Shown: positions 19,769 through 30,541, counted from the stretch's first letter. The stretch is DNA of 64,000 nucleotides from an uncultured virus (IMG/VR IMGVR_UViG_3300008262_000226) (IMGVR_UViG_3300008262_000226:1-64000); one strand, 5' to 3'. Notes: generated by a model not told the origin, from the letters alone. A program made the numbers and translations.

Positions 19769-20284
19769 ATGTTAACTGTCGAAAAACCGATGGGTAGAAG
19801 AACCACAAAAGAAAACTACGTGAACAACCGCGAGTTTCTCGATGCCCTGATGGTGTATCGACAGCAGGTTGCTGCTGCAAAAGAATCAGGTTCACCCAAA
19901 CCTAAAGTTCCCAATTATATTGGGGAGTGCTTTCTTAAGATTGCTACACACTTATCATACAAACCTAACTTCGTCAACTATATGTTTAGGGATGATATGA
20001 TTTGTGATGGTATTGAAAATTGTCTGCAGTATATCGACAACTTCAATCCAGAAAAGTCTACTAATCCATTTGCTTATTTTACTCAGATTATCTACTACGC
20101 TTTTCTTCGTAGGATTCAACGAGAAAAGAAGCAACTCGAAATCAAATCCAAGATTCTTGAAAGGTCAGGATATGATGAAGTTTTGCATACAGACAGTTAC
20201 AGTGGTGATATGATTGGGTATAATAGCAGCAGTGCTGATATGAATAGCATCAAAGAAAACCTTGAGATCCGATCCAAACGATGA
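19769..20284 (+). CDS. gp55: late transcription sigma factor
   Basis: YVNNREF, NPFAYFTQIIYYAFLRRI. Confidence 0.95.
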   Translation: MLTVEKPMGRRTTKENYVNNREFLDALMVYRQQVAAAKESGSPKPKVPNYIGECFLKIATHLSYKPNFVNYMFRDDMICDGIENCLQYIDNFNPEKSTNPFAYFTQIIYYAFLRRIQREKKQLEIKSKILERSGYDEVLHTDSYSGDMIGYNSSSADMNSIKENLEIRSKR

Positions 20285-21330
20285 CCGTAGCTCTTATTAC
20301 TGACCAACATCTAGACGGGAGAAAAGGTAGTGTTGCGTTTTGGGAATACTTCAAAAAATTCTACGACGACATCTTCTTCCCAACACTGGAGAGACATGGA
20401 ATCAAGACTGTTATTGACCTCGGTGATACATTTGATAATCGTAAGGGGATTGATTTCAATGTTTGGAATCGTGTGCGTAGATATTATTTTCAACGTCTTG
20501 AAGATATGGGTATCTTCGTTCATATGATTCTTGGCAATCACTGCACCTATTACAAGAATACGAACGAGATTAACTCACCAGAACTTCTACTGAAAGATTT
20601 TAGCAACATCGAAATCTATTCTCGCCCAGAGACAGTAATGATTGATGGTGCTAAGATTCTGATGTTGCCATGGATTAACTCTTCTAACTACGAAGAGACA
20701 ATGCGTTGGATTAATGATACCAGTGCTGAGATTGCTATGGGTCACCTTGAACTATCTGGTTTTGAAGTGACTCCTGGCAATAAACAAGAGCACGGTATGG
20801 ATCCCTCTATCTTCAAAAAGTTCAAGCAAGTATTTTCAGGTCATTACCACCACAAATCATCCAGAGGAAACATCACCTATCTGGGCAATCCTTACCAGAT
20901 GTTCTGGAATGATTATAAAGACGAGCGAGGATTCCACCTTTATGAACCGACAACAAATAAACTCAAGCGGGTCAAGAACCCTTATGAGATTTTCCAGAAA
21001 ATCTATTACAATGATTCTACTGGTTCTCATCTCAGCTTCAATACCTCTGAGTGTGCAAATTCTTTTGTCAAGATTATCGTAGAAGATAAGAAAGACTATA
21101 CCGAGTTTGAAAAATTTGTAGACTCTGTGTTTGCAACTCAACCACATGATGTAAAGATTATTGAAACTCTTGTCAACGATGCGTTTGTTGAAGATGATGA
21201 GAATGTAGAAATTAAAGATACTCTTACACTTCTTAACGAATATATTGACGAGGTAGAGATTGCCGTAGACAAAGCAAAGTTAAAGAGTATAATGAAATCA
21301 CTATATATTGAGAGTTGTGAGGTAGTATAA
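20281..21330 (+). CDS. gp47: recombination endonuclease subunit (Mre11/SbcD-like)
   Basis: TDQH, GDTFD, GNH, GHLE, SGHYH. Confidence 0.95.
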   Translation: MTVALITDQHLDGRKGSVAFWEYFKKFYDDIFFPTLERHGIKTVIDLGDTFDNRKGIDFNVWNRVRRYYFQRLEDMGIFVHMILGNHCTYYKNTNEINSPELLLKDFSNIEIYSRPETVMIDGAKILMLPWINSSNYEETMRWINDTSAEIAMGHLELSGFEVTPGNKQEHGMDPSIFKKFKQVFSGHYHHKSSRGNITYLGNPYQMFWNDYKDERGFHLYEPTTNKLKRVKNPYEIFQKIYYNDSTGSHLSFNTSECANSFVKIIVEDKKDYTEFEKFVDSVFATQPHDVKIIETLVNDAFVEDDENVEIKDTLTLLNEYIDEVEIAVDKAKLKSIMKSLYIESCEVV

Positions 21331-21617
21331 TGTATCTTATCACCCTTGCCGAACATACTGATGGTGTTTATTCGGTTGTTGACGAGGAGGGTGATCATGT
21401 GATATACTTTTTCCGAGATGAAGATGATGCTGAAAGATATCTTGGTTTACTTGAAGCAAACGATGATGATGATGCACTTCCCCCCTTAACAACTCACGAA
21501 ATTGATATCAAAGCAGGTATTGGTATGTGTGAATTGCGAGGTATGAAATACCTCATCGTTGAACCTGACGACATTATTGTTCCCCCTAGAACTTATGATA
21601 ATTTTCAAGACGATTAA
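21330..21617 (+). CDS. conserved hypothetical protein
   Basis: ORF between gp47 and gp46. Confidence 0.7.
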   Translation: MYLITLAEHTDGVYSVVDEEGDHVIYFFRDEDDAERYLGLLEANDDDDALPPLTTHEIDIKAGIGMCELRGMKYLIVEPDDIIVPPRTYDNFQDD

Positions 21618-23319
21618 ATGGAAAAACTTTCTTTCTACTGGTGCTCAGTTTACCGAGATTTCACTGACTGATAGAAAGAGTAGTTTGATTGTGGGAACTA
21701 ATGGTGCTGGAAAATCAACCATTCTGGATGCTCTCACCTTCTCTTTATTTGGTAAACCATTTCGTAAGATTAATAAGCCACAACTTCTTAATTCTATCAA
21801 TCAGTCTGATTGTGTTGTAGAAGTTAATTTTGATATTGGTAATAATAAATACAAAGTGATTCGTGGCATTAAACCAAACAAGTTTGAAATCTATCAGAAT
21901 GGTGCGCTACTTAACCAAGATTCATCCGCTGTAGATCAGCAGAAACATTTTGAGCAAACGATTCTGAAGATGAATTATAAATCGTTTACTCAAATTGTTG
22001 TGCTTGGGTCATCGACCTTTGTGCCATTTATGCGTCTTCCATTGGCAGCTCGTAGAGAAATCATCGAAGACATTCTTGACATTCAGATCTTCTCAACTAT
22101 GAATGTCAATTTGAAAGAAAAAATTAAGGTAATTAATGAAGAACTGAAAGACCACGAATATAAACTGTCTCTCGTTAAAGAGAAGATTGACATGCAGAAG
22201 CAGTTTATGCTTGATATTGAAAAAAAGAATAAAGAAGATATCCAAGAAAAAGAGAATAAGAAAGAATCTTTGTTAACAGAATCTCTAAATTATGAGACAG
22301 AAATCCTCCATAACGACAAGGAAATCGACACTAAGACCGCTGCCGTTTCAGACACGCAGACTCTTAAAGCAACGATCACTAAGGTTAATACGCTCAGCAA
22401 CAAAATATCATCCAAACAAAAAACATATAATAAAGAAAAAATATTCTTTGAGCAGAATGATACATGCCCGACCTGTGGGCAGAACATTGAGGAGCATTTT
22501 AAACAAGAGAAGATCCAAGTTCTCTCGGATAAACTTGTTGAGGTGGAGAAAGCTATGTCTGATTTGGGACAACAACTTTCCGATCTCCAAAGTAAAGAGA
22601 ATACCTTTATTCTTTTGATTGATGAAATTAACGAACTCAATCTAAAGAATCGACAACTCAATAATGAAATTAAGTCACTTCATAGAAGAATTGAAGAGCT
22701 GGACGACGACATCAGAAAACTGCGGAATTCAGATGTCAATCAACGGGAACAGTTTTCAATACTTAAATCCCTCAGCGAAGACGGGAAGCGAATCCAAACA
22801 ACGATTTCTGAAACAAAAGAAGAAAAAGACTGCTTACTCACAGCGGCGCAACTTCTTAAAGACTCGGGCATCAAAACGAGGATCATCAAAAAATACCTCC
22901 CGACGATGAACAAACTTATCAATGACTATCTTGATAAGATGGAATTTCCAGCATCGTTTATGCTCAACGAAAGTTTTGAAGAAGTAATTAAATCACGTTA
23001 TAGGGATGAATTTAGTTATGAATCTTTTTCTGAAGGCGAAAAGGCTAGAATCGATATTGCTTTGCTGCTTACTTGGCGTAGCATTGCTAAACTTAAGAAT
23101 AGCGTGGATACTAATCTTTTGATTCTTGATGAGATCTTTGACGGGTCACTTGATCAATCTGGTAACAGCGACCTCGGATGGATTCTAAAAACCTTTGATG
23201 ACAAAACGAATGTGTTTGTTATCTCCCACCGTGATAATATGGCAGACAAGTTTGACCGCTGCCTACGATTTGAGAAACATAAGAACTTCTCATACGTCAC
23301 AGACGAAACATCAGAATAA
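21595..23319 (+). CDS. gp46: recombination ATPase subunit (Rad50/SbcC-like)
   Basis: KNFLSTG, GTNGAGKST, CPTC hook, FSEGE, LILDE. Confidence 0.96.
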   Translation: MIIFKTIKWKNFLSTGAQFTEISLTDRKSSLIVGTNGAGKSTILDALTFSLFGKPFRKINKPQLLNSINQSDCVVEVNFDIGNNKYKVIRGIKPNKFEIYQNGALLNQDSSAVDQQKHFEQTILKMNYKSFTQIVVLGSSTFVPFMRLPLAARREIIEDILDIQIFSTMNVNLKEKIKVINEELKDHEYKLSLVKEKIDMQKQFMLDIEKKNKEDIQEKENKKESLLTESLNYETEILHNDKEIDTKTAAVSDTQTLKATITKVNTLSNKISSKQKTYNKEKIFFEQNDTCPTCGQNIEEHFKQEKIQVLSDKLVEVEKAMSDLGQQLSDLQSKENTFILLIDEINELNLKNRQLNNEIKSLHRRIEELDDDIRKLRNSDVNQREQFSILKSLSEDGKRIQTTISETKEEKDCLLTAAQLLKDSGIKTRIIKKYLPTMNKLINDYLDKMEFPASFMLNESFEEVIKSRYRDEFSYESFSEGEKARIDIALLLTWRSIAKLKNSVDTNLLILDEIFDGSLDQSGNSDLGWILKTFDDKTNVFVISHRDNMADKFDRCLRFEKHKNFSYVTDETSE

Positions 23320-23382
23320 CTTAACAGGGGTTGCTGCGGCACCCCTTTCGTCGTATAGTAGGTTCATCAACGAAAGAGACCG

Positions 23383-25527
23383 ATGTTCAACGCCGAAGTC
23401 AAGGGCAATCTCGCTCGCCTGCTCGCTACTGAGAATCTGATTGTTGAGCATCGCCCTGTAGAGACGGCGATGTTCAACGTGAAAGACCGTATTCTTACCT
23501 TGCCGATGTGGGAGAAAGCATCCGCTAACGTATACGATATGCTCGTGGGGCATGAAGTCGGTCACGCTCTATATACCCCTGACAAGTGGGGTGATGACTA
23601 TGGCATTCCTCAGTCGTATCTGAATGTCTGTGAGGATGCTCGTATTGAGAAACTGATGAAGCGTAAGTTTCCTGGTCTCGCTCGTAACTTCTACAGCGGA
23701 TATCGTGAGTTGCATGATGAAGATTTCTTCTGCATCGGTGATCGTAGCCTTGATTCGTATGCTTTGATTGACCGTGTGAATCTTTTCTTCAAAGTTGGTA
23801 TTCATGCTGGAGAAATCTTTGAGTGGAATATCGAAGAGAAAACAATCATCGATGAACTTGCTGATGCTGAAACCTTTGAGCAAGTTGTAGATGTTGCCCG
23901 CAAGATTCTTGCATACACTGAGCAACAGGAGCAACAGCAGGTTGTTGAAGCGCAAGGCGACCTTCAGCAATCTACTCAAGGTGGGGGTGATTCCACTCAA
24001 GGTGGGGGTGAACCTACCGATGGTGATGGTAATCAACCTCAGCAAACTTCTGGTGACGGCAACCAAACTAAGGGTGCTGATTCCAATCAACCCAATGAGC
24101 AAGGTGAAGGTGCTACCAATGGTGGTGGTCAAACGAATACGCTTGAGTCTGAAACTGACAAGGCATTCACTGAGAATCAGAAACAACTGATTAGCGATTA
24201 TCCTCGTGCTAATCATCTGAACTATATTGAGTTGCCTGACATTAAAGTAGAAAACTTTGTTATTACGAACAAAGAAGTGATGGAAGATTGTAACACCTGT
24301 TTCGGTGAGCAGTCTCAAAAACTTTTTGCTGAAGTTGACAAACAGTATCTGACTTTCCGTGCGGAAGCTCAACGTGAGGTTAACTACCTTGTGAAAGAGT
24401 TTGAGATGCGTAAGTCAGCCGATCAGTATGCTCGTGCTAGCACTGCTAAAACTGGCGTTCTTGACACAGCACTTCTTCACACCTACAAGTGGAATGAAGA
24501 TGTATTCAAGAAAATCAATGTGGTGCCTGACGGTAAGAATCACGGTCTGATTTTCATTCTCGATTGGTCTGGATCTATGGGTGGTATCTTACAAGATACT
24601 GCTAAGCAACTGCTGAACCTCGCATGGTTCTGTAAAAAAGTGCAGATTCCTTTTGACATCTATGCTTTCACCAACGACTATTGGTATCACAAATCCTACG
24701 ATTATTCTTCTGGCACTCGCACTAAACCACAGAAGATTCAAACTCCCAAAGCAGGTCAAGTGCAAATGTGTGAGCACTTCCGTCTGCTAAATCTTGTCAG
24801 CAGCAATGGTCGTAACGGCAAAGATCTTGAAGCACAACTGAAAAACTTCTGGCGTCTTGTTACTGGTGAGAGTGGTTACTCTGGATACTCTATGCCCGCT
24901 GGGTATGGTCTGTCTGGCACTCCTCTTCATGAAGCTGCTATTTCTCTGACTGCACTTATTCCCGACTTCCAGAAGCGCAACAAAGTTCAAAAGACTAATG
25001 TTATTATTCTGACTGACGGTGAATCTGCCAGCATCAACTATTACACTGATCAAAAGTATGGTAGTCGTATGGGAACACAATATGTAACCAATGATTGTGT
25101 TCTGCGTGATCGCAAGACTGGTCGTGTGTATCCTCGTTTTGACAATGGTGGATACTATGGCAACTCAGATCTTATCACTAAAGTGTTTCTTCAAAATGTT
25201 CGTGATCGCTTCCCTGATGTAAACCTGATTGGTATTCGTCTGGTGAATGGTCGTGGTCTTAACACCACTTACAATGCTGAAGATTGTAAAACGGATTGGA
25301 ATGAAGTTCAGAAGCAGTGGAAAAAATCTAAGTCTGCTGAACTGGTTGAGCATCTTGGTTATCAGGCATTGTATCTGATGGGAACTGATTCCCTCGCTGT
25401 CAATAGTGAGTTTGATGTTGAAGAAGATGCTACTGAGAAAGAAATCGGCAAAGCATTTACTAAAGCACTCGCCAAGAAAGGTGTCAACAAAAAAATGCTT
25501 ACATCTTTTGCCACGTTGATTTCATGA
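23383..25527 (+). CDS. metallopeptidase-like/vWA protein (CobT-like partner of the AAA ATPase)
   Basis: HEVGH, MIDAS DWSGS, SGTPL, LTDGE. Confidence 0.85.
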   Translation: MFNAEVKGNLARLLATENLIVEHRPVETAMFNVKDRILTLPMWEKASANVYDMLVGHEVGHALYTPDKWGDDYGIPQSYLNVCEDARIEKLMKRKFPGLARNFYSGYRELHDEDFFCIGDRSLDSYALIDRVNLFFKVGIHAGEIFEWNIEEKTIIDELADAETFEQVVDVARKILAYTEQQEQQQVVEAQGDLQQSTQGGGDSTQGGGEPTDGDGNQPQQTSGDGNQTKGADSNQPNEQGEGATNGGGQTNTLESETDKAFTENQKQLISDYPRANHLNYIELPDIKVENFVITNKEVMEDCNTCFGEQSQKLFAEVDKQYLTFRAEAQREVNYLVKEFEMRKSADQYARASTAKTGVLDTALLHTYKWNEDVFKKINVVPDGKNHGLIFILDWSGSMGGILQDTAKQLLNLAWFCKKVQIPFDIYAFTNDYWYHKSYDYSSGTRTKPQKIQTPKAGQVQMCEHFRLLNLVSSNGRNGKDLEAQLKNFWRLVTGESGYSGYSMPAGYGLSGTPLHEAAISLTALIPDFQKRNKVQKTNVIILTDGESASINYYTDQKYGSRMGTQYVTNDCVLRDRKTGRVYPRFDNGGYYGNSDLITKVFLQNVRDRFPDVNLIGIRLVNGRGLNTTYNAEDCKTDWNEVQKQWKKSKSAELVEHLGYQALYLMGTDSLAVNSEFDVEEDATEKEIGKAFTKALAKKGVNKKMLTSFATLIS

Positions 25528-26177
25528 ATAGTAATTTTGAAAAAAACGGCTTTCTTGTAGTTCGTAATTATCTAGATCAAATTGGTTTAGATATTAACGT
25601 TCTACAAGAATATTTTTATTTGAAAGGATTAACAACGAAAGTCAAAGATGATCCTCAAACACCAGGATCTGTAAACTATTATTCTGATTTATTAACAGAA
25701 ACTATTCTGAAAATATCTAAATCAAAATTTGAAAAATTCACGGGATATAATTTATTGCCAACTTATAGTTTTTCTAGACTTTATTTGAAGGGAAATAAAT
25801 TAACAAAACATACAGATAGAATGTCGGCTGAAATATCTGGAACTCTATGCATTGATTATTCTGGCGAACATCATTCTGAAATTTATATGTCTCCAACAGA
25901 TAAAGAAAGTGATGCAACTAAAGTAATATTAAATCCAGGAGATCTTTGTGTTTATAATGGAATTAAAATGTGGCATTGGAGAGACCGAGTAAAAAATGAT
26001 TGGTTGCTGCATACTTTCCTTCATTATGTCAATGCAGATGGAGATAAAAAACATTTAGTTTACGATCAAAGATCATACTTAGGAATGCCATCTATTAATG
26101 ATAAACAATTTAATCAGGGGCACGTATCAAATTATTTTAAGTCATACATAAGCAACGCTTATCGACAACTCCCTTGA
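25524..26177 (+). CDS. 2OG-Fe(II) oxygenase
   Basis: PTYSFSRLY, KHTDR, HWR, FLHYV. Confidence 0.8.
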   Translation: MNSNFEKNGFLVVRNYLDQIGLDINVLQEYFYLKGLTTKVKDDPQTPGSVNYYSDLLTETILKISKSKFEKFTGYNLLPTYSFSRLYLKGNKLTKHTDRMSAEISGTLCIDYSGEHHSEIYMSPTDKESDATKVILNPGDLCVYNGIKMWHWRDRVKNDWLLHTFLHYVNADGDKKHLVYDQRSYLGMPSINDKQFNQGHVSNYFKSYISNAYRQLP

Positions 26178-26202
26178 CCTCTCACCTCTCTTGCCCTATA
26201 AT
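26174..26202 (+). promoter_or_regulatory. early sigma70-type promoter
   Basis: TTGACC-17-TATAAT. Confidence 0.65.
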
Positions 26203-26228
26203 ATCTACATACCAAACAACCCCACACC

Positions 26229-27323
26229 ATGAAAAACTTTGAAGTCGCCCCCATGATTGACCGCTTCGGCGCTGTGGTGACCGCTGCTGATGTTCGTGCC
26301 TATGCCGATGAGGTTGGTATTTCTTATCAGACTCTCACTAAGAAACTGGAGCAGTTTAAGGTGCAGCGTGGCATGTGGCATCTGACTGCTGCTGAGCAAC
26401 TGGAGCAAACTTATAATCAACCCGCTGTGGAACCTGTGGCAGAAAACCCTGAAAACTTTATTCCTGCGAAAGATGCTTCCTTCGTCAGCTTTGGTAACTT
26501 TAGTGATATTAAGAAGATTGTTTCTTCTCGCCAGTATTATCCTATCTTCATCACTGGTCTCTCTGGCAACGGTAAAACTTTCAGTGTTGAGCAAGCTTGT
26601 GCTCAACTGAAGCGTGAACTGATTCGTGTCAACATCACCATTGAAACCGACGAGGATGACCTGATTGGTGGTTTCCGTCTCGTCAACGGTGAGACGGTGT
26701 GGCATGACGGTCCTGTAGTGCAGGCACTGAATCGCGGTGCTATTCTGCTGCTTGACGAGATTGACCTTGCCTCTAACAAAATCCTCTGCCTGCAATCGGT
26801 GCTTGAGGGTAAGGGCGTCTTCCTTAAGAAGATCGGCAAGTATGTCAAACCCGCTGCTGGTTTCAACGTTGTTGCTACTGCCAACACTAAAGGTAAGGGT
26901 AGCGATGACGGTCGCTTCATCGGCACCAACGTGCTCAACGAAGCATTCCTTGAGCGTTTCCCTGTGACCTTTGAGCAGGCATATCCTACTCCTAAGGTTG
27001 AAACTGCTATTCTCAAGAAAGCTTCTGAGTCTCTCAACTGCTACGATGAAGAGTTTGTGGGTCGTCTGGTTGCATGGGCAGAAATCATTCGTAAGACTTT
27101 CTACGATGGTGGTGTTGATGAAATCATTTCTACTCGTCGCCTAGTGCATGTTATTCGTGCCTTCAGCATCTTCGGCAAGCGTAAGAAAGCAATCGAAGTG
27201 TGTATTGCTCGTTTCGATGATGAGACTAAGCAATCCTTCATGGAACTCTATACTAAGATTGATGCTTCCATTGATGCTCAAACTGAAACTACTCAGCCTG
27301 AACTGACTGTTGAAACTCTCTGA
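26229..27323 (+). CDS. cobS: CobS-like MoxR-type AAA+ ATPase
   Basis: GLSGNGKT, LLLDEID, NEAFLERF, ISTRRL. Confidence 0.9.
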   Translation: MKNFEVAPMIDRFGAVVTAADVRAYADEVGISYQTLTKKLEQFKVQRGMWHLTAAEQLEQTYNQPAVEPVAENPENFIPAKDASFVSFGNFSDIKKIVSSRQYYPIFITGLSGNGKTFSVEQACAQLKRELIRVNITIETDEDDLIGGFRLVNGETVWHDGPVVQALNRGAILLLDEIDLASNKILCLQSVLEGKGVFLKKIGKYVKPAAGFNVVATANTKGKGSDDGRFIGTNVLNEAFLERFPVTFEQAYPTPKVETAILKKASESLNCYDEEFVGRLVAWAEIIRKTFYDGGVDEIISTRRLVHVIRAFSIFGKRKKAIEVCIARFDDETKQSFMELYTKIDASIDAQTETTQPELTVETL

Positions 27324-27529
27324 TGTTTGATAATCTCTCTCGCCACACCCTCATCCAACTTAAAGATGGGGGTGTTTTTTCAATTAAATGTAAAGTCATG
27401 GAATATCACAGTGGTAAAGATATTCCATGTTACTTGGGAATAAAATATCCGACTGGCATCGTGGGTGTTGACTCTTTTACTTCAAGATGCTATACTAACC
27501 AAATAGATTCTATTATCAAGGAAATCTAA
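27323..27529 (+). CDS. hypothetical protein
   Basis: start overlaps the cobS stop. Confidence 0.55.
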   Translation: MFDNLSRHTLIQLKDGGVFSIKCKVMEYHSGKDIPCYLGIKYPTGIVGVDSFTSRCYTNQIDSIIKEI

Positions 27530-27531
27530 CT

Positions 27532-27840
27532 ATGCAATGGAAATACAATGAAGACAAAATCCTTAAAGACGTTGAGGATTATGTAGTGAGCACATACCAC
27601 GGTCATTACTGTGGGGATGAAGAAGGATACGATGATATCCAAACAATTGATCTGATGGCGGCGAAGAAACTTGCTGCTCCTTTCTGTCAAGCAAATATTC
27701 TTAAGTATGGCAGTCGCTATGGTGATAAGGATGGTCGTAATAAGCGTGACCTTTTGAAAGTGATTCACTACGCAATGCTTCTGCTTAACTTTGATGGTCA
27801 CTACACTCGCACACAGAACGGTCTACAGGAGTTTAAATGA
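27532..27840 (+). CDS. DUF3310-like conserved phage protein
   Basis: FCQANILKYGSRYGDKDG, DLLKVIHY. Confidence 0.7.
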   Translation: MQWKYNEDKILKDVEDYVVSTYHGHYCGDEEGYDDIQTIDLMAAKKLAAPFCQANILKYGSRYGDKDGRNKRDLLKVIHYAMLLLNFDGHYTRTQNGLQEFK

Positions 27841-28499
27841 GCACAGTCGCACTTTCCCAAACTACTCTGAATATTCTTAAGAACTTTGCCACTATCAACA
27901 ATGGCATCATTATTAAAAAAGGAAACACGCTACGAACTATCTCAAATGCTGAGAACATTCTCGCAGCGGCGAACGTTGAAGAATCCTTTCCTCAAACTTT
28001 TGCGATTTATGATCTTAACCAGTTTCTGGCTGGTTTATCATTGTTCGATAATCCTTCTTTGGTGTTTGATAATGCCGATTATGTTACTATCAAAGATGGG
28101 CGTAGTCGTGTCAAATATTACTTTAGTGACCCTGAGATTACACTTAAAACTGCTCCAGATAAATCCGTAAAATATCCTGGATCTGACATTCAGTTTACAT
28201 TGTCTGCTGCTAATATTGCTGCTATTCAAAAGGCAACTGGTATTTACAAACTGCCTGATTTGAATATCAGCTCAGATGAAGAGATCGTTCTCTCAGTGCG
28301 CGACAATGAAGTGTCAACTTCCAACACGTATGATATCATTGTTCCTGGCACCTTTGAAGGAACTCATTCTCTTGACCTCAAGGTTGAGAATATTCGTCTT
28401 CTTCAAGGTGACTATCAAGTTGGAGTTTCCAAGCATTACATTTCTGAGTGGAAGCATCTTAACTTTGATCTTACTTATTATATTGCACTTGAACCTTGA
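27837..28499 (+). CDS. gp45: sliding clamp
   Basis: LKNFATIN, FAIYDLNQFL, YYIALE. Confidence 0.95.
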   Translation: MSTVALSQTTLNILKNFATINNGIIIKKGNTLRTISNAENILAAANVEESFPQTFAIYDLNQFLAGLSLFDNPSLVFDNADYVTIKDGRSRVKYYFSDPEITLKTAPDKSVKYPGSDIQFTLSAANIAAIQKATGIYKLPDLNISSDEEIVLSVRDNEVSTSNTYDIIVPGTFEGTHSLDLKVENIRLLQGDYQVGVSKHYISEWKHLNFDLTYYIALEP

Positions 28500-29335
28500 T
28501 GAAAAACTTTTTGTGGGTGGAGGAGTATCGTCCTCGTAAAATCGAAGATTGTATCCTCCCTGATTCGTTAAAGAAAGTATTTACTGGATTTGTAGAGCAG
28601 GGGGAGATTGCTAATCTCCTTCTGTCTGGTCCTCCTGGAGTTGGAAAGACTACAGTTGCCAAAGCCCTGTGTGAAGAGATTGGTGCTTCATATATTGTTA
28701 TCAACGGTTCGGATGAAGGTCGCTTCCTTGATACTATCCGAACCCGTGTCAAACAGTTCGCCAGTTCTGTCAGTTTAACTGGCGCTGGCAAACACAAAGT
28801 CGTCATCATTGACGAGGCAGATAATACCACTCATGACGTTCAGCTATCTCTTCGCGCCTTCGTTGAAGAGTTCCATAGCAACTGTCGTTTCATTTTTACC
28901 TGCAACTTCATTAATAAAATCGTTGACCCCCTGCACTCCCGCTGCACGGTCGTTGATTTCCGCATCAAACCCGAGGAGCAGAAGAAGTTACAGGCGGCGT
29001 TCTTTGGGCGCTTACAGACGATCCTAGATGGATCGTTGGATGCTGCAGTGCTCTGTGATATTGCTGATGTAAACCTAGACCAACTCATGCGAGCAATGAA
29101 AGCAAAGGAATACAAGGTCGTTCGTCAATGGGTTGTAGATAATATGGATAGTGACCCTAATACTATCATTCGTAAAATTTATAATTCTCTGAGTGAATGT
29201 CTTGAAGGTTCTTCTATTCCTCCTGCTGTGTTGGTGTTGGCTAAGTATCAGTATCAAATTGCGTTCGTAGCTGATCAAGAGATTAATATGCTTGCTTGTT
29301 TGACTGAAATTATGGTGGAGTGTAAGTTTAAATGA
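28496..29335 (+). CDS. gp44: clamp loader large subunit, with apparent internal deletion near 29030
   Basis: WVEEYRP, GPPGVGKT, DEAD, SRC; sensor-2 helix (PDxRR) absent. Confidence 0.9.
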   Translation: MMKNFLWVEEYRPRKIEDCILPDSLKKVFTGFVEQGEIANLLLSGPPGVGKTTVAKALCEEIGASYIVINGSDEGRFLDTIRTRVKQFASSVSLTGAGKHKVVIIDEADNTTHDVQLSLRAFVEEFHSNCRFIFTCNFINKIVDPLHSRCTVVDFRIKPEEQKKLQAAFFGRLQTILDGSLDAAVLCDIADVNLDQLMRAMKAKEYKVVRQWVVDNMDSDPNTIIRKIYNSLSECLEGSSIPPAVLVLAKYQYQIAFVADQEINMLACLTEIMVECKFK

Positions 29336-30222
29336 AATCATTAAAGACCCCTCTTCGTTATCCTGGCGGCAAATCTCGTGCCGTCAAGTATCTTATTCCT
29401 AAGATGCCTAAAGACATTACCGAATACCGTGAACCTTTTCTGGGTGGTGGTAGTGTAGCAATTGCGTTTACAAAAGAATACCCAGATATTCCTGTATGGG
29501 TGAATGATTTGTATGAACCATTGGTGAATTTCTGGCAGATGCTACAGAAGTCACCTGATGGTTTGTTCTGTTTACTGGAAGCATACAAGAATACATATGA
29601 CACGCCAGGCAAAGCACGGGCATTGTTTGACGAAATGAAGATTCAACTGAATAGTGCTGACACACCTAACCTCCAGAAAGCTGCTGCTTTTTATGTGGTC
29701 AACAAGTGTAGTTTCTCTGGTCTAACTGAATCATCTTCCTTCTCACCTCAAGCAAGTGATCATAACTTCACTATGCGTGGTATTACAAATCTTTCTAAGT
29801 ATTCAGAACTGATTGAGAATTGGAAGATTACTTGTGGTTCATATTGGGATATGATGATGACATCTGCTCCTGTAGGAACGTTCTGGTTCTTTGACCCTCC
29901 TTATGATATCAAAGATAATCTTTATGGTAAGAAAGGAGAACTACATAAAGGATTCAATCACGAAGAGTTTCATGCTTGGATCACTCAGGGTAATGTAAAA
30001 GATCGCTGGATGATTACTTACAATACCAATCCAACTCTTATGGAGTGGTATGATGGTTATTATCAAACCAAATGGGATTTGACTTATACTATGCGTTCAG
30101 TAGGCGACTACATGAATGAGCAAAAAGACCGTGCTGAACTTTTGATTACTAATTATGACGAAACCATCTCTAACGGAATATTTGAACTCAATAAATCAAA
30201 CCAAGAAGTCGGTAGTTATTGA
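29332..30222 (+). CDS. dam: DNA adenine methyltransferase (Dam/D12 class)
   Basis: YPGGKSR, EPFLGGGSV, DPPY. Confidence 0.88.
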   Translation: MKSLKTPLRYPGGKSRAVKYLIPKMPKDITEYREPFLGGGSVAIAFTKEYPDIPVWVNDLYEPLVNFWQMLQKSPDGLFCLLEAYKNTYDTPGKARALFDEMKIQLNSADTPNLQKAAAFYVVNKCSFSGLTESSSFSPQASDHNFTMRGITNLSKYSELIENWKITCGSYWDMMMTSAPVGTFWFFDPPYDIKDNLYGKKGELHKGFNHEEFHAWITQGNVKDRWMITYNTNPTLMEWYDGYYQTKWDLTYTMRSVGDYMNEQKDRAELLITNYDETISNGIFELNKSNQEVGSY

Positions 30223-30541
30223 CGAGGAATCTGAAAAAGCATATCCACCTTTTATTGTCAACAAGTGTCTTGCTGCTTTTCATGATACTATTTTATTTTC
30301 AAACGAAATGAATATGTATCCTCATCTCGATAAGAAGATGCAATATGACTTTTTTATAAATAGTATCAGCCCGCGTAAGAGATTTTCTCCTTGGGCAAAA
30401 AAATCTCAAGTAGAATACCTTGATGCGATTAAGGAGTATTATGGTTATAACGACGATAAAGCTCTACAAGCATTGAGAATCTTATCTAAAAATCAACTTG
30501 AACACATTAAAAAACTTGTAGACAAAGGTGGAAAAAGATGA
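30155..30541 (+). CDS. gp62: clamp loader small subunit
   Basis: YPPFIVNKCL, RKRFSPW, EYYGY. Confidence 0.93.
   Translation: MTKPSLTEYLNSINQTKKSVVIDEESEKAYPPFIVNKCLAAFHDTILFSNEMNMYPHLDKKMQYDFFINSISPRKRFSPWAKKSQVEYLDAIKEYYGYNDDKALQALRILSKNQLEHIKKLVDKGGKR

Noticed and set aside
23972..24012. 21-nt tandem repeat (STQGGGD/STQGGGE)
   Set aside because: Only two copies in a low-complexity linker; not CRISPR-like and not a DGR
23569..24372. 267-aa minus-strand ORF (also 38719-39420 and many shorter ones)
   Set aside because: Antisense shadows of strongly codon-biased plus-strand genes, with no motifs or SD
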